A stretch of 63,151 nucleotides of DNA, the filler included, from Reclinomonas americana ATCC 50394 (Eukaryota), in assembly GCA_048213135.1 (NCBI GenBank). It is 4 parts of 2 records of this genome, joined end to end, with 100 filler letters (N's around TTAATTAATTAA, not from the genome) between each part and the next. Parts side by side here need not be neighbours in the genome. Positions count along the whole stretch, not along the records: positions 1 to 17,693 come from PS015103.1; positions 17,794 to 31,361 come from PS015103.1; 2 more parts are not named here. One strand, written 5' to 3'. A program made the position numbers and the translations under genes. Positions 12,121 to 28,500 of the stretch are shown piece after piece; the stretch's first letter is position 1, and each line of letters opens with the position of its first letter. The notes beneath the pieces were generated by a model, which saw nothing but the letters and a program-made list of their open reading frames with translations, was not told where the DNA came from and searched no databases.

Positions 12121-15100
12121 ATGGCGCTTCCCATTGTTCCGTCAATTCCGTGCGCACTGCATGCTGGTGGGCTCGGTGTATCTGGTGGCGGTGGCCGCGG
12201 ATGATCAAGCAGATTTTGAGGTGGATATTACGTTGAGACAGGCGCGAGAGTTGCGTGGGGAGTGTGATGGTGGTGGGGCGCGGGAGCGAGGGCCAGGGAA
12301 AGGGAGAGTGATTCTGTGTGACAGACACACTGTCATTAATCGTGACTGACACTGCCGTTGTCTGTGCGACGGACGCGCTCTCGGTTTCTGATCATGTGAT
12401 GAGAAAGACCCGTTTTCGTCCCCTCTCACGCGCTCCCTTCCGCTAATTTCTACCGCATTCGTCTCACTGCTCTCTCCTCTTCTCCCATTCATTTCCTCCT
12501 TCTCTCTCACATGCACACTCCACACTCCACATCGCATCACGTAGTGCTGTGCGTGGACCCTGCACGTGTTGTTTGGCTGCCTTGCATTCTTGTCTCCCTC
12601 TCCCTCGGCCATGATTCATGCACACTCGCGCTTGCCCATCACGAAGCAAAATTTGCTTTCACATTCATGCTCCTCCTGTCCTCCTGACCTCGCTCATTCC
12701 TGTAATTGTCTTGCGCGACACAGTGTGGTCATCAGTTCAGGTGGGCGTGCGGGGCAGGACGTCAACGCAGCCGCGTTGGCACGCCGCGGCCCGAGTTTGG
12801 TTATGGTTAGCTCTGTGTCTTGTGCCTCTCACTATCCATTTCTGTCCTTCCCCCTCACCCTCATCCCTCCACGCGCGCAGGCCCTGGAGGAGATCCTCCA
12901 CGTCCGCGGTGCCACCGACACTGCGCGCGTGCTGGCCCGGAAAGACCGCGATCCGCTGTACTTGGAGACCGACGTCACTCCTCCCCAGTACACGCCGATC
13001 GTGGCCGAGGGAGGCATTCCAAGCAAGCACGCCATTGCANNNNNNNNNNNNNNNNNNNNNNNNNNNNNNNNNNNNNNNNNNNNNNNNNNNNNNNNNNNNN
13101 NNNNNNNNNNNNNNNNNNNNNNNNNNNNNNNNNNNNNNNNNNNNNNNNNNNNNNNNNNNNNNNNNNNNNNNNNNNNNNNNNNNNNNNNNNNNNNNNNNNN
13201 NNNNNNNNNNNNNNNNNNNNNNNNNNNNNNNNNNNNNNNNNNNNNNNNNNNNNNNNNNNNNNNNNNNNNNNNNNNNNNNNNNNNNNNNNNNNNNNNNNNN
13301 NNNNNNNNNNNNNNNNNNNNNNNNNNNNNNNNNNNNNNNNNNNNNNNNNNNNNNNNNNNNNNNNNNNNNNNNNNNNNNNNNNNNNNNNNNNNNNNNNNNN
13401 NNNNNNNNNNNNNNNNNNNNNNNNNNNNNNNNNNNNNNNNNNNNNNNNNNNNNNNNNNNNNNNNNNNNNNNNNNNNNNNNNNNNNNNNNNNNNNNNNNNN
13501 NNNNNNNNNNNNNNNNNNNNNNNNNNNNNNNNNNNNNNNNNNNNNNNNNNNNNNNNNNNNNNNNNNNNNNNNNNNNNNNNNNNNNNNNNNNNNNNNNNNN
13601 NNNNNNNNNNNNNNNNNNNNNNNNNNNNNNTCTCTCTCTCTCTCTCTCTCCCCTCAACCCACCTCATTACTCGAATGACCGGGCATGCCGTACACTGAAC
13701 GCGTGATCTTCCAAATCTCTTCTCTCTATCACTCATTCTCACTCCTACCATCTCATACCTTGCTCTCTCCCCCTCTCTCTCCCTCCCTCCTTCTCTCTTT
13801 TCTTTCTCTCGCTGTCTGTCTGTGCCTCTTTCTCTGTCGCTCTGTTGTATCTTTTCTGTTGCTGTCTCTGTCTCTGTCTTTTGTCAATTTGACTATCACT
13901 CGATGGTCGGCCGTGAACATCATGCCACTAACGGAGCACATGATCGCCTCAAATCTTTACTCTCTCGACGCATACACGCGCCCTCCTTGTCTGCTACCTG
14001 TGCACTTGCTGCTCTTGTTTCTCTCCCTATCTGTCTCCTCCCCTGTCAACTTACCTCTCCTCTCGACGGCCGGTCGTGAACACCGTGCTACACACGAAGG
14101 TCGTCATTTTTCGAATCACATTCCATTTTAGAACACATACAACGCACACGCGCGCTCCGTATCTGCTTCCTTGATGCTTCCCGCTCCCACCATGTCCTCC
14201 CATTCTTTCTCCCTCTCTCTCCTCTACTTTCTCCTTCCTCTGTTGTCAATTTACCTCATATCTCGACACTTGGAGCACTTGATCCTTCCAATTCTCGTCC
14301 CTGTCTCAACACACATATGCACACGCACACACACCCTCCTTGTCCACTGCCTGTGTCCTTCTCTTGTTTTCTCACTCTCTCTCTCTCTCTCTCACCCTTT
14401 CCTCTCTTTCCACTCTGTTTCTCTCTGTCTTCCTCTCTGTCTCCTGTCAATTTACTCACCTCTCGATACTCGGAGCACAATTCTCGTCTCTCTCTCAACA
14501 CAATGCACACGCACCCTCCTTGTCCGCTGCCTTGTGTCCTTCTCTTGTTTTCTCACTCTCTTCCCCCTTCCCTCCTCCCCTCCCCTCGCAGAGTCATGGG
14601 TCTCCGCCGCGCCGACAGCGTGGTCATCAACGAGGACGTACTGTCGGGCATGAAGGCGGCCTCCGTGTCGAATGTGTCGGAGTTTGGCGCCGCCTTTGTG
14701 GCGCCTACCTTGTCGCACCTGAGAAGAGCGCACGGTGAGTCACCACTCAATATTCCGATCACGACGGTGGATTTCTGCAAATGTTCTTCTGTGATATTCT
14801 GTCTCTTTGTACCGTGCAAGAACAGTATAGCAAGGGAGCGAGAACCTCTCGCCCTTGTGTTTCCTGACTCTGCCTTGGCGCGCTGCAGGTGGCGCCTTTG
14901 AGACCGACAACGCACTCAGCTCGGCCTCCGAGGGACCCTCTGGCTCCGCCTCCGCGCCCATCTTCACTCCCACCGCCGCCACGGCATTCACTCCGTCCGG
15001 TGGCTTGTCGCTGACACCCACACCGCCGGCGACGTTCACGGCTCCGGTGCCCACCAAGCCCTCCATTCCTATTCGTTGCGCGTGTGTGTGTCTTTTGGCA

Positions 15101-16371
15101 AGAGATGGTTGACAATCTGTGCGAATCTCAACTCTCGTGTGTTTTTTTTGTGTGCACAGCCGTCAGTCGACCGAGCTCCGAATCCCTTGACTCGTTGGGC
15201 ACTCCCACCGACCTCCGGCGGCAGCCATCACCAGCTCCTGTGGATCCCAAGCGCAACAGCATGAGTGTGACTCCGCCGCCACTGAATGCCGTGCCACCGC
15301 CCATGGTGTCTGCGCCGCCACTGCTGTCCGCCAAACCGCGTGGGCACGATCGACAGCAGTCCGGTTCCATGAGCCTCTCGCCGAGCGCATCGCTCACCGG
15401 CCTCGGCGGCGTCAGCATGATGGAGCTCGCCGGCCTCAACGCCCCCGCTCCCATTCTGTCGGCCCTGCCGGCAGCGCTCGACAAGATTGAACTGCCGCCG
15501 TTGCCGGTTGTTGCGCCCTCATCGTACGACGACGACGACGAGGACGAGCAGGATCCGGAATACATGCGCCGCATCATGGGCTTCTCCACCTCGGCCCCGC
15601 CGCCCACACGCGCCGACTCGCAGGCCGCCGCCTCGGCCAAGTCGCCCACTGGTCATGCGGATGGCGATCATCACGGTGCCGCCGCGGGTGCCGCTGATGC
15701 TGCTGCTGGTGCTGCTGCTGATGGTGCGGATTCCGCCGACAATGGTGTGTTGGTGATGGCCGATGGTGTCAACGATGCGAATGGGGAGGACGAGGGTCCA
15801 CCACCGCCGTCGATGCTGCCGTTGATGATGATGGTGCAGGTGCGTTGGGGGAAGGGAAAGGGGGAGGGGAGAAGAGGAGGAGGAGGAGGAGGAGGAGGAG
15901 GAGGACAGAAAGTGTGGAGGCAGAGAAGGAAGTGAGTGATAGAACGGAGATTGCGTGAGTGAAGCTGTAAACAGAAGACCAGGAGACTAACTGTGCAAGA
16001 GAGAGAGAGAGAAAGAGAGATAAGATGAAGAAGAACAAGAGTAGGAAGAAAGGGTGATTGGAAGAGTGATGGTNNNNNNNNNNNNNNNNNNNNNNNNNNN
16101 NNNNNNNNNNNNNNNNNNNNNNNNNNNNNNNNNNNNNNNNNNNNNNNNNNNNNNNNNNNNNNNNNNNNNNNNNNNNNNNNNNNNNNNNNNNNNNNNNNNN
16201 NNNNNNNNNNNNNNNNNNNNNNNNNNNNNNNNNNNNNNNNNNNNNNNNNNNNNNNNNNNNNNNNNNNNNNNNNNNNNNNNNNNNNNNNNNNNNNNNNNNN
16301 NNNNNNNNNNNNNNNNNNNNNNNNNNNNNNNNNNNNNNNNNNNNNNNNNNNNNNNNNNNNNNNNNNNNNNN

Positions 16372-16443
<72 letters not shown>

Positions 16444-16935
16444 AGAGGATTGTGTGAGAGAGACGGAAAGAAAGAGTACGGATGAAGAGAAGCGCGAAGG
16501 GCGTGAGCTGCAAGGGTTTGTTTGCAAATCGGAAGAGAGATAGAGTGTGTGAGAGAGGGAGAGAGAGAGAATTGGGAGGCTGAGATAGGAGCGAAAGAGG
16601 ACAATCGTCTCGAGAAGTGTGAAGGACGCGAAAGAACGGGAATCGCGTGCGAGAGATTATGAACAGGAAGATAAGGGTTGGGCGAGGAAAGAGAACGAGA
16701 AACTGCAGCATGCTGTTCGTCATCAGTTTCTTACATTCGACGACCCAACAGGAGCACCTCACGCTCAGCATGCGTGGTGCAACGGTGGAGGATTGCTCAG
16801 TCACCGGACGCATTCTCGTGCGCGCCAAGGACGCCAGTGCCACAGCCGCGGACATGATGCACGAGCTGACGGTCCGTGTCAATGGCATTGATCCGGCCTT
16901 GATCAGTCCGAATCCACAGTTCACAGTTCCCGCTG
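12121..16935 (+). CDS. TSET/TPLATE complex medium subunit (TCUP/TML-like): N-terminal longin-like domain, Pro-rich linker, start of mu-homology domain; partial at both ends
   Basis: Spliced N-terminus HCMLVGSVYLVAVAADDQADFEVDITLRQARD-VVISSGGRAGQDVNAAALARRGPSLVM-ALEEIL resembles the plant TML N-terminal domain as I recall it. A long Pro/Ser linker (14889-15839) is followed by LPLMMMVQ-EHLTLSMRGATVEDCSVTGRILVRA (exon from 16752), typical of the first strands of a muniscin-type mu-homology domain. The gene is cut by the linker at 17738. Confidence 0.65.
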
Positions 16936-17737
16936 GTGAGTGTGGGAGGGGGAAGGGGTGGAGCACAAAGGGAGATGAGAGAAGAGGGAGAAAGAGAATA
17001 GCGCGCACGGGGAAGTGGTGCACAGAGGGCGGCTCTAGTCTTCCTGTCGCCCACACTTCCTCTGTGACCACTGTTCTGGCGCTCGTCGTGCTGTTGTTTG
17101 ACTTCTTGTTTTGCATTCTTCGTGGGGTTGGTGACTTTCCTTGCTGCTCTCTCTTTCTTCCATTCTCTTTCTCTCTCTCTCTCTCTATCTATCTATCTGT
17201 TTTACTTGGGGTTAGTGACTTTCCTTGCTTCACTCTTTCTTTCTTCCATTCTCTTTTCTCTCTCTATCTGTTTAACATGCTTGTCTGTCTTTGCTATTTT
17301 GACTATCTCTGTCTGTCTGTCTATTGGTGGTGGTGGTGTTGAGGTTGTTGTTGTTCATGCTGTTTGTGACTGTTATTCTCTGTGGCCTTGTTCAACGTTC
17401 TTAAAGGCTGTCTTATCTGCTGCATTCAGTCGTCCTATTCATGTCTCTCATCTTCCGTCTTCGTTCCTCTTGCTTCACTTCCTGGCAGTTGCATCTCTCC
17501 GAGTTTGCTGTTTTCTTGCTTTCCCTCTTCCTCTTCTCGCTCTTGTTCATCCTCCCTCCTCCCTCCTCCCCCTCTCCCTCTCCCTCTCCCTTCCACCTCT
17601 CCCTCCTCCCTCCCCTCCCTCCTCCCTCCCCCTGTTCCTCTCCCTCTCCCTCTCCTTCTCCCTCTTTCCTCTCTCCCTCTTCCCTCCTCCCTCNNNNNNN
17701 NNNNNNNNNNNNNNNNNNNNNNNNNNNNNNNNNNNNN

Positions 17738-17749
17738 TTAATTAATTAA
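17738..17749. other. Artificial assembly linker TTAATTAATTAA (stop codons in all frames) within Ns
   Basis: The identical 12-mer sits between N runs here, at 31406-31417 and at 56442-56453. Confidence 0.95.
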
Positions 17750-17793
17750 NNNNNNNNNNNNNNNNNNNNNNNNNNNNNNNNNNNNNNNNNNNN

Positions 17794-18665
17794 CCTCGTC
17801 ATCCTCGCTCACTTTCCCCGCCAACACGTGCATTCTTCTCGCACATGGTGCCGGTGCTGGTGTGCAGAGCGACTGGATGCAGCGGTGGTTGCGTGCGTTG
17901 CGTGAGGCGCATCCCGATCACGAGCACAGCGACAGCGCAGTGATGGCGTTCGAGTACGACTACATGGCCAATCGCGGGCGCGGACCTCCAGATGCGCATG
18001 CGACACTGGTGCGTGCTCATCGGCGAGCGGCACTGGCGCTGTTGGAGAAGCGGAGGGCGGTGGTCGGGCCCGACCAACCGATACAGCTGGTGCTGGCGGG
18101 CAAGTCGATGGGATCGCGCATGGGATGCCACCTCGCGAATGAGGTGATGCAGGCGGGAGACGAGGATGAGGTGGAGCGAGGATTGCGCGAGGCACTGACT
18201 GCTGTTGCGTGTGTGTGGTGGAGAAGGAGGAGAAGGAGGGAAGAAGGATGTGCTTATTCTGCATGCAGTGCGTGTGCTTTGGGTTTCCGATCAAGGGCGC
18301 GAATGGGGCAGTGCGCAACGAGGTGCTGCATGAGATGCAGACGCCGGTGCTGTTCTGCTACGGCACGCGAGATAGCATGAGCCCAGCGGAGCTGCTGGAG
18401 GCGGCGCGAGAGAAGATGACCAAGTGTCCGCGGCATGAGACGGTGGTGCGTGCACGTGGCGAGAGTGGGGAGGGGGAGGGAGAGGGCGAAGAGGCACTGA
18501 TGTGTGAGCACGCAGGTGGTGGACGGCGGCGACCACTCGCTGGAGCTGCGAAAGACAGATCTCAAGCGGCAAGGGCGCACACAGGCCGATGTCGATGCGG
18601 AGATCCTGCGATCGGTGGTGCACTTTGTGCAGTCGCTGCAGCAAGGAGAGAGCGCGGAGCAGTGA
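17794..18665 (+). CDS. KANSL3/TEX30-type alpha/beta hydrolase, 5' partial, 3 exons
   Basis: Motifs LLAHGAGAG, nucleophile elbow LAGKSMGSR, CVCFGFPI, GTRD and VDGGDHSL give a Ser-Asp-His triad. The first intron starts GTTGCG at 18204. Stop TGA at 18663-18665. Confidence 0.85.
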
Positions 18666-18777
18666 AGTGCGGAGGTGCCTTACGTGCTCTGACCTGGCTG
18701 TCACAGAGTGCGCAGTGGTAGAGCAGAGATGCCTCCCCATCTGCAGTGGCTGTTGCGATGCGGTGTTGTATCAACAG

Positions 18778-19150
18778 TGAGAGGTGGACACGGAGCTGAG
18801 CTTCAGATCGAATTCGAAACTGGTCGCGATGCACTGCACTGGTTGCATGTGGAGTTCGCATTCGCTGTGATACGCAGAAGCAACAGTTCTCTGCTGCCTC
18901 AATATCACTGCCAGCAATCCAGCTTCGAACACTGCCAGTGTCGGACTGTTGTCGGAGTCATTTCCTCGCACACAATGGTGCGCGTCCACTGTGGCGCCCT
19001 CCAATCAAGCACTCGCCACCTACGCCCATCACTGCACCTCGACTCGGCGGAGACAGTCGCCGACCTCACCGCACACGCCTCCGCCGCCTGGTCGACATCG
19101 ACCACGTGCAGTGGATTCTGCGTGGTGCATCGTCGCCGTCGCACTGCAGT
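18778..19150 (+). repeat. Tandem duplicate of the promoter and first ~58 codons of the downstream ankyrin gene
   Basis: Near-identical to ~19180-19582, including the ATG context (cacaATGGTGCGCGTCCACTGT at 18975 and 19410). The copies diverge after ...RRRRTA. Confidence 0.8.
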
Positions 19151-19409
19151 ACGAGGTGAATGCAGTCATGGAGTCAGCGGTGAGAAGTGGACACGGAGCT
19201 GAAGTGTTGCAATTGGTATTCGAATTCGCGACAGCTGCTGACCATGAATTCGAAACTGGTCGCGATGCACTGCACCGGTTGCATGTGGAGTTCGTATACG
19301 CTGCTGTGATGCGTAGAAGCAACACTTCACCACACCAGCTGATACCGACTGCTTGCAATATCGAACACTGAGTGTCGGACTGTTGTCGGAGTCATTTCCT
19401 CGCACAACA

Positions 19410-22886
<3,477 letters not shown>

Positions 22887-22946
22887 ACAAGTAAACAATT
22901 CTTTCTTAGAGTATTAGAACAACAACAACACAACAGGTGACAATAA

Positions 22947-25255
22947 CTACAACGGGGTGGTGAGCGGCGACGGCTGCCCACTGCTGCTAGCCGACTCCGC
23001 GTCTGAGGCAGCGGAGGACGGCACTGTCAAAGCTTCCGAAGATTCACCCAGACGCAGCCGTCGACCCGCATGACGACGGCCGAGTGGAAGGTGACCCGTG
23101 GGTGCCTGCACAGAGGTCCGGCGCTTCCATTCACGGATGCTCTGCGGCTGTGAGTGGACGCGACAAAACACACGTGTCAGCGAGACATAAACCGGCAAGC
23201 TGCTTTCCCCGCGCGCGCACGCAACATCCAGCGCCCGCAGTGACGACACCGGAGAGGCGCCACCCAAACTGCCGTAGCTGGGTCGCACCTCCAGACCGCG
23301 CAGAGGCTCCAGATCCGATTGTGAAGCAGCACTGGGGCTCATGGCAATCGCGCCAAAGTTTGTCGAGGAGAGAACGGCGGTGCGCAACAACGTACGCTCA
23401 TTGTCTTCCGTCGCTGGACCGGCGGAGCTGTCGCTGCCGTCGCTGGCCGTGATGAGCGACGGGCCTATCGACTGCGGCAACGCAAACGATGACCCTGGCA
23501 TCGAGGCAACAGCGGCCGTCGTGAGCAACGGGGATGGAGTCGATTTGACCGGTGAGGGATTCGGCGGCGAAATGGTGGGGCCAGCAGATGGGGAGACAGC
23601 CTTGTGTGGCACAGAGGGGACGAGAGGAGAGGGAGTAACAGTCAGCACACGACGACACGGGGCCACAGTGTGAACGAATAAGCCTCACCGTCGACACCGT
23701 TGGCACTGGCTGCGTCAAACGAAACAGGTAGAGCAGGGTGATGGTCGGCACCACCTCCAGCATCATGTAGTACACGAACAGCTCGATGCTGCGGTTGGTA
23801 AGGTAATTGTCGCTGCTGTCCACGTCCAGCAGGATGATGATGATGCTCTCGCCCACCATCCACAGGCATCGCACGATAAATACCACCGAGCACAAAATCG
23901 TGGCCACCACGAATTCCTGCAGAGCGGGGGCGTGTGAGAGTCCAGCATCCACCAACAGCGACCTGCAAGCAGCGCAACTCGTAGTCGGCGAGCACGCGTG
24001 GCTGACACGGCATCCTTGTCGGACATGTAGCGATGCAGTCGCGTGCCGTACAGCACAAAGAGCACGGAGAACGTCACCGATACTGCATGTGAATCGAGAT
24101 GAGCACACATTGCGCATGGAAAGGAAGACGCCATCAACGCACCGGCAAAGACGAGGGCAATCGAAAATATGCGCTCCAGCCGAGCACCTGCATCCGTCGC
24201 CAGTAAGTCACCGAGCACCAACGCAGTGGGAGTGAAAGAGAATGTACACGCCGCAACTGAAATTGGCGAGAGCCATGGCCAGCCAGAACAAGCCGGTGAC
24301 GGCATAGGCGATCAACACCAGCATCCAAAACGTCAATCGAATCTTGTGCCGCATCGCCAGCGTGAGCTGCTTCTTCAGGTCGTGGTACAACTCGACCCAG
24401 AAGTAGCACAGCACAACATAGCACGAAAAGAAACACAGCGCCCCCACCCTACACGCATCACACAACAATGAGCGAGACAATCAACAAAAATGCTCCGTGA
24501 CCAAACGCAACGAGTTCATCACAAAGATGACATGGTTCGACTCGTTGAAATGCGTAAAGCGGAACTTGGCAAAGTTGACCACGCGCACTGCACATCAACT
24601 TAATTCTCTTTTTCCTCAACACCCCGCGCCACTACTCACAAACTCACCAATCATAAACAACAGCGCAATCACATGAAATAGCAACTGCACCGCAGGCGCA
24701 GTCGCCGCCCGCCTCTCCTCCAACAACGAGATGCTATCGTGTCCACTCGACATGCTCTGCGCATCGCCTCCCTCCACCAGTCCACTCGGTGTCACCTCAT
24801 TGCCCGCAGCGTCTTTCAGAGTCCCTCCCTGGCCTGTCTCTTGCTGCTCCACATCAGCAGTGTCTTTGCTCGACGACCCCTCAACGCCCTCGTATCGTTT
24901 CCGTCGCCTCCGAGGTCGATGTCGATGTCGACAGCAACAGCCGCGGCGACAGTGACAACATGAGAGCAGTGCGGAGCAGAGGAAGCAGGGAAGGCGAAGG
25001 CGGATCACTTGCACAGAGGTCCACAGGAGCATGAGAGCGTACACACCACAGCTGTGCGGAGAGAGAGTGGGAGAGAGAGAGAGAGCAAGACACATGAGTT
25101 CGGATCCCTGATAACATGCCATCATTCTCTCTCTCACTCACACGCGACTCTTTCTCTCACTCCCTCTCTCTCTCTGTTCGTCTATGTTCACGTTATATTG
25201 CACTCAACAGTGTGAGTCGAAGACACCGCCAGAGCGTTGTCTCATCATCGTCCAT
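22947..25255 (-). CDS. TOM1/THH1 (DUF1084)/GPR137-like multi-pass (7TM) membrane protein with Ser/Pro-rich cytoplasmic tail
   Basis: Seven hydrophobic segments after splicing, with LCFFSCYVVLCYFWVELYH, LFVLYGTRL, CSVVFIVRC and FVYYMMLEVVPTITLLYLFR, characteristic of this family. ATG at 25255. Confidence 0.7.
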
Positions 25256-25558
25256 GATGTGACACTGACTCGCACACTGAGCGTGCCTCTCTTGTTTCGC
25301 GGTGTGCAAGTGTGTGCGCGCGTGTGTTGAGAGAGAAAGTGCGTGGATTCGATTGGATCTAGACAATAAGCGGACGCAGGTGCGTCGACGTGTCTCTCTC
25401 CAGGGCAATAGCTTTGCGCTGGATGCTCTCTGCTGTGCATGCCACTTGGACATGAACAGCGATGGCGGTCGATGCACGCTGCAAGCAGAAACGTCGACAA
25501 CATGACAATATCAATACATGAGAAGCAAGTCAAAGGCGACCAGCTTCAAAAACGAATG

Positions 25559-28500
25559 CTACCGCCGCGCCGGTGGACCCACATACGTGTGGAATCCGTA
25601 TCCCTCGCCCGCATCCACACCCTCCACTCGCACGCGACACACTGGACATTCGCCGTTCTTGCTCACCAGCCGCTCCGCGCACTCCCGACACAGAACTTGG
25701 TGCATGCATGGACGCAGTCGCGTCTCGCGCAGCCCGTCGCACACCATGCACGCCCGTCGGCACGATAACACCGTCAGGTCGCTCAGCTCGCTCGCCAGCT
25801 GCTGTGCCGTCGGACGGCGTGCTGGACGACCATCCAGGCATCTGCAGATTGGCCATGTACGACAGTCAGCGTGTCTCCTCGCAACGCTCTCTTGGAAACA
25901 CACAAGGTACCTCAGTGCCAATCGCACAATCCTCTCACACACAGGAGCCGGCCACGGTCGACCTGCGCCACTATCAGCCAGATCCACCGCGGCGTCGAGC
26001 AGTGCTTCGCCATCGACGCCGTCAATGTCGTCCATCTCCTCCAGTGCCTCCACTCGCCGATGCACCTCCTCGATCGGCAGACCGCTGAACACTTGCAGGA
26101 GGACGAGACCGAGCGAGAACACATCCGAGCTCAGTCGCAGCTGGCCGTGCATGGCTTTGGGGTCGGCGTACTTTGGGTCGCCAGCAAAGTGCACTGACAA
26201 GTGCGTCTGTGGCACGAAGAAGGAGAGGGAAGGGATGAGGGGAGGAAAGGGGAAGGGAGAGACAGAACAGGAAAGTGTCACTCACCCCCTCGGTGCGGAA
26301 CCAGTGTGCCACTCCCAGGTCCGCGATGTATGCCATTCCACTGTGATTGAACAGAATGTTCGCTGGCTTCAGGTCGCGATGGATAACTGAGAGAGGGAGA
26401 GAAAGTGAGTGGAAGAAAATGGGCAAAGGACGGCGAACAGACACACGTACCATTCTGCGCATCCCGACAAGCGCACAGAAAGGCACGAGTGAGTCAACAA
26501 GGAGAGATATGAAGCAAACGCACACAGACAACACGCATGACATCTCTCACTCACATGCCTGCATCATCAGCAACGTGAGCCCGAAACCCATGAAGAAGGA
26601 AACAACAGACATGTGACACGCAACTTGTGCAGCGAAGCAACAGCTTCAGCACATCGCAGCATGCATGTCATTCGTGCCTCAATCGACATGGCCGGCAGTC
26701 CACGCTCCGCCCACTGCAGCAGTCGGTGCTCCAAGTTGTGCTCACTGCGAATCACGAAGGAGTGAGTGCACACGGAAGAGATGACACCCCCCACCCTCTC
26801 TCGGAAAAGACAAAGAGGCGTGCAGGTGATCATCGATCAAGCCAGACGGAAAGACAGAAAAACTGCATCTAGCACTGACGTTCTGCCTCATGCTCTCTCA
26901 TTAAGTCTTGTTCAACCCGCTTGCGTCCCTTACATCTCTGCTCGCCCTTTTCTCCTCACACGCACCTCATTGCCTCAAGCACCACACATCGCTTGCCGTC
27001 GTCCGACTCCGCAAACCCAATCAGCGGTACAACGCCAGCCACGCTCACCGCCTTGAGCTTCTCCAACTGAGATGCAAGCAAGGACGAGAATGAGAAGAAA
27101 ACAACCTCCTTCTCTCATCCTTCCCCCATCCACCACCCTCACCTCATTGGAGAACGACTCAATGCACCACGGCAGTGCGCTGTCAAACACCTTGATGGCC
27201 ACACTCTGTCCGGCCCACTGCCCACAAAACACCTTGCCCTGTCCACCATCACCTCCCAGTCGCTCCGCAAAATTGTTGCTCATCGACACCACTTGCTCCC
27301 ACGAAAATGCCGTCAACGGCGCTACATCGTCAACAAACAAAGTGAGTCTCCAGTCATCATCCTTCCTCCTTCCCCTCTTGCTGCTTCCACACATACCTCG
27401 GTGGGTGAGATCGCGCTGCACGGCGGCCAAATCAGCCTCGAGTCGTTGTGCTCGGTCATGCTCGCGCTGTCGCTGCTCGTCCACACGATCCAGCGCCTCC
27501 TGCAGCGCGGTACGCGCAGTTTCGTGCTGTTGGAGCGAGGCGGCATGCTCAGCAATAGTCGCTTCCTGCTGCTGCACGCGCTGCTCCCACTCGCTCATCT
27601 GTGCTTGCTGCTCGTCCAGTTGTCGCTGCAGTCCCGCCAACTGCTGTTGCACCCGCTGAACGGCTCCCTCCCTATCACGCTGAGCTGCCTCAACTTCCAG
27701 TCGCAGCTGAGCAGCGGTCTGTTCGTGGTGCTGCAATTGAGCCTGCCATTCGCTTGTCCGCTGCCGCTGTTCCTCCAGATCTTGCTGCAGCGCATCGAGC
27801 AGGGGCAGAGCTTGTCCTCTACCACCTCCTGCCTGGCCGACGGGGTCAGCCTGCCCGGCTGGTGCGCGGGAGGAGGCGGCGAGGGGAGAGGAAGGTGCTC
27901 CAGACGTCTGAGTTGACGCATGTAGCGTGAGAGATAGTGTCACACGAAGGAGAGGTCTGCGCGGCCATCAACGAAACTGATGATCCCGGGGACGAATGAA
28001 CAGCGTCGACAAACACTGCACAGATACGAAAGCGCGAAGCAAGTGAGTAAAAGGAGGCGGTGACCAGAGGAGACAAGGCACAAACTCACCGGCAGAAAAA
28101 GCGCCGGCCTGCTCCTGTTGCTCCTGCTTCTTCTTCTTCTTGTTCCTGTTCTTCGTCTTCTTCTTCTTCGCCTCCGTCTCATCTTCGTCGTCAAATACAT
28201 CGGATTCGGATAGTGACTGTGCTGCTGCTCCGCTGCGCCGAGCATTNNNNNNNNNNNNNNNNNNNNGTCAAGAGCGGCACGGATGTCCTCCAACTGCTTC
28301 CGATCGGCTCGCTTCGTGAGATACCGAGCACCAGACAGCCGCTCCTGCCTGGTCACGACATCGGTCATCAGGCGCTCTGCTTCCTCCAAATTCTCCACAC
28401 CACCGAGCTTGGACAGGTGGACCGCATGGGTTTGGCTGTATGAAAGCGTAGCTGAATGATCATCGCCAAAGTCCTCTCGTTGGAGTACGAGAAGTTCTCG

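Noticed and set aside
13880-14560. Intronic direct repeats in the TCUP-like gene (also 11680-11960 and 17125-17260)
   Set aside because: Short, pyrimidine-rich local duplications with no coding capacity, terminal repeats or transposase. Treated as ordinary intron expansion.
17694-17793. TTAATTAATTAA palindromic motif (three occurrences)
   Set aside because: Always embedded in N runs. It is an artificial contig-joining linker, so gene adjacency across it is not evidence of linkage.
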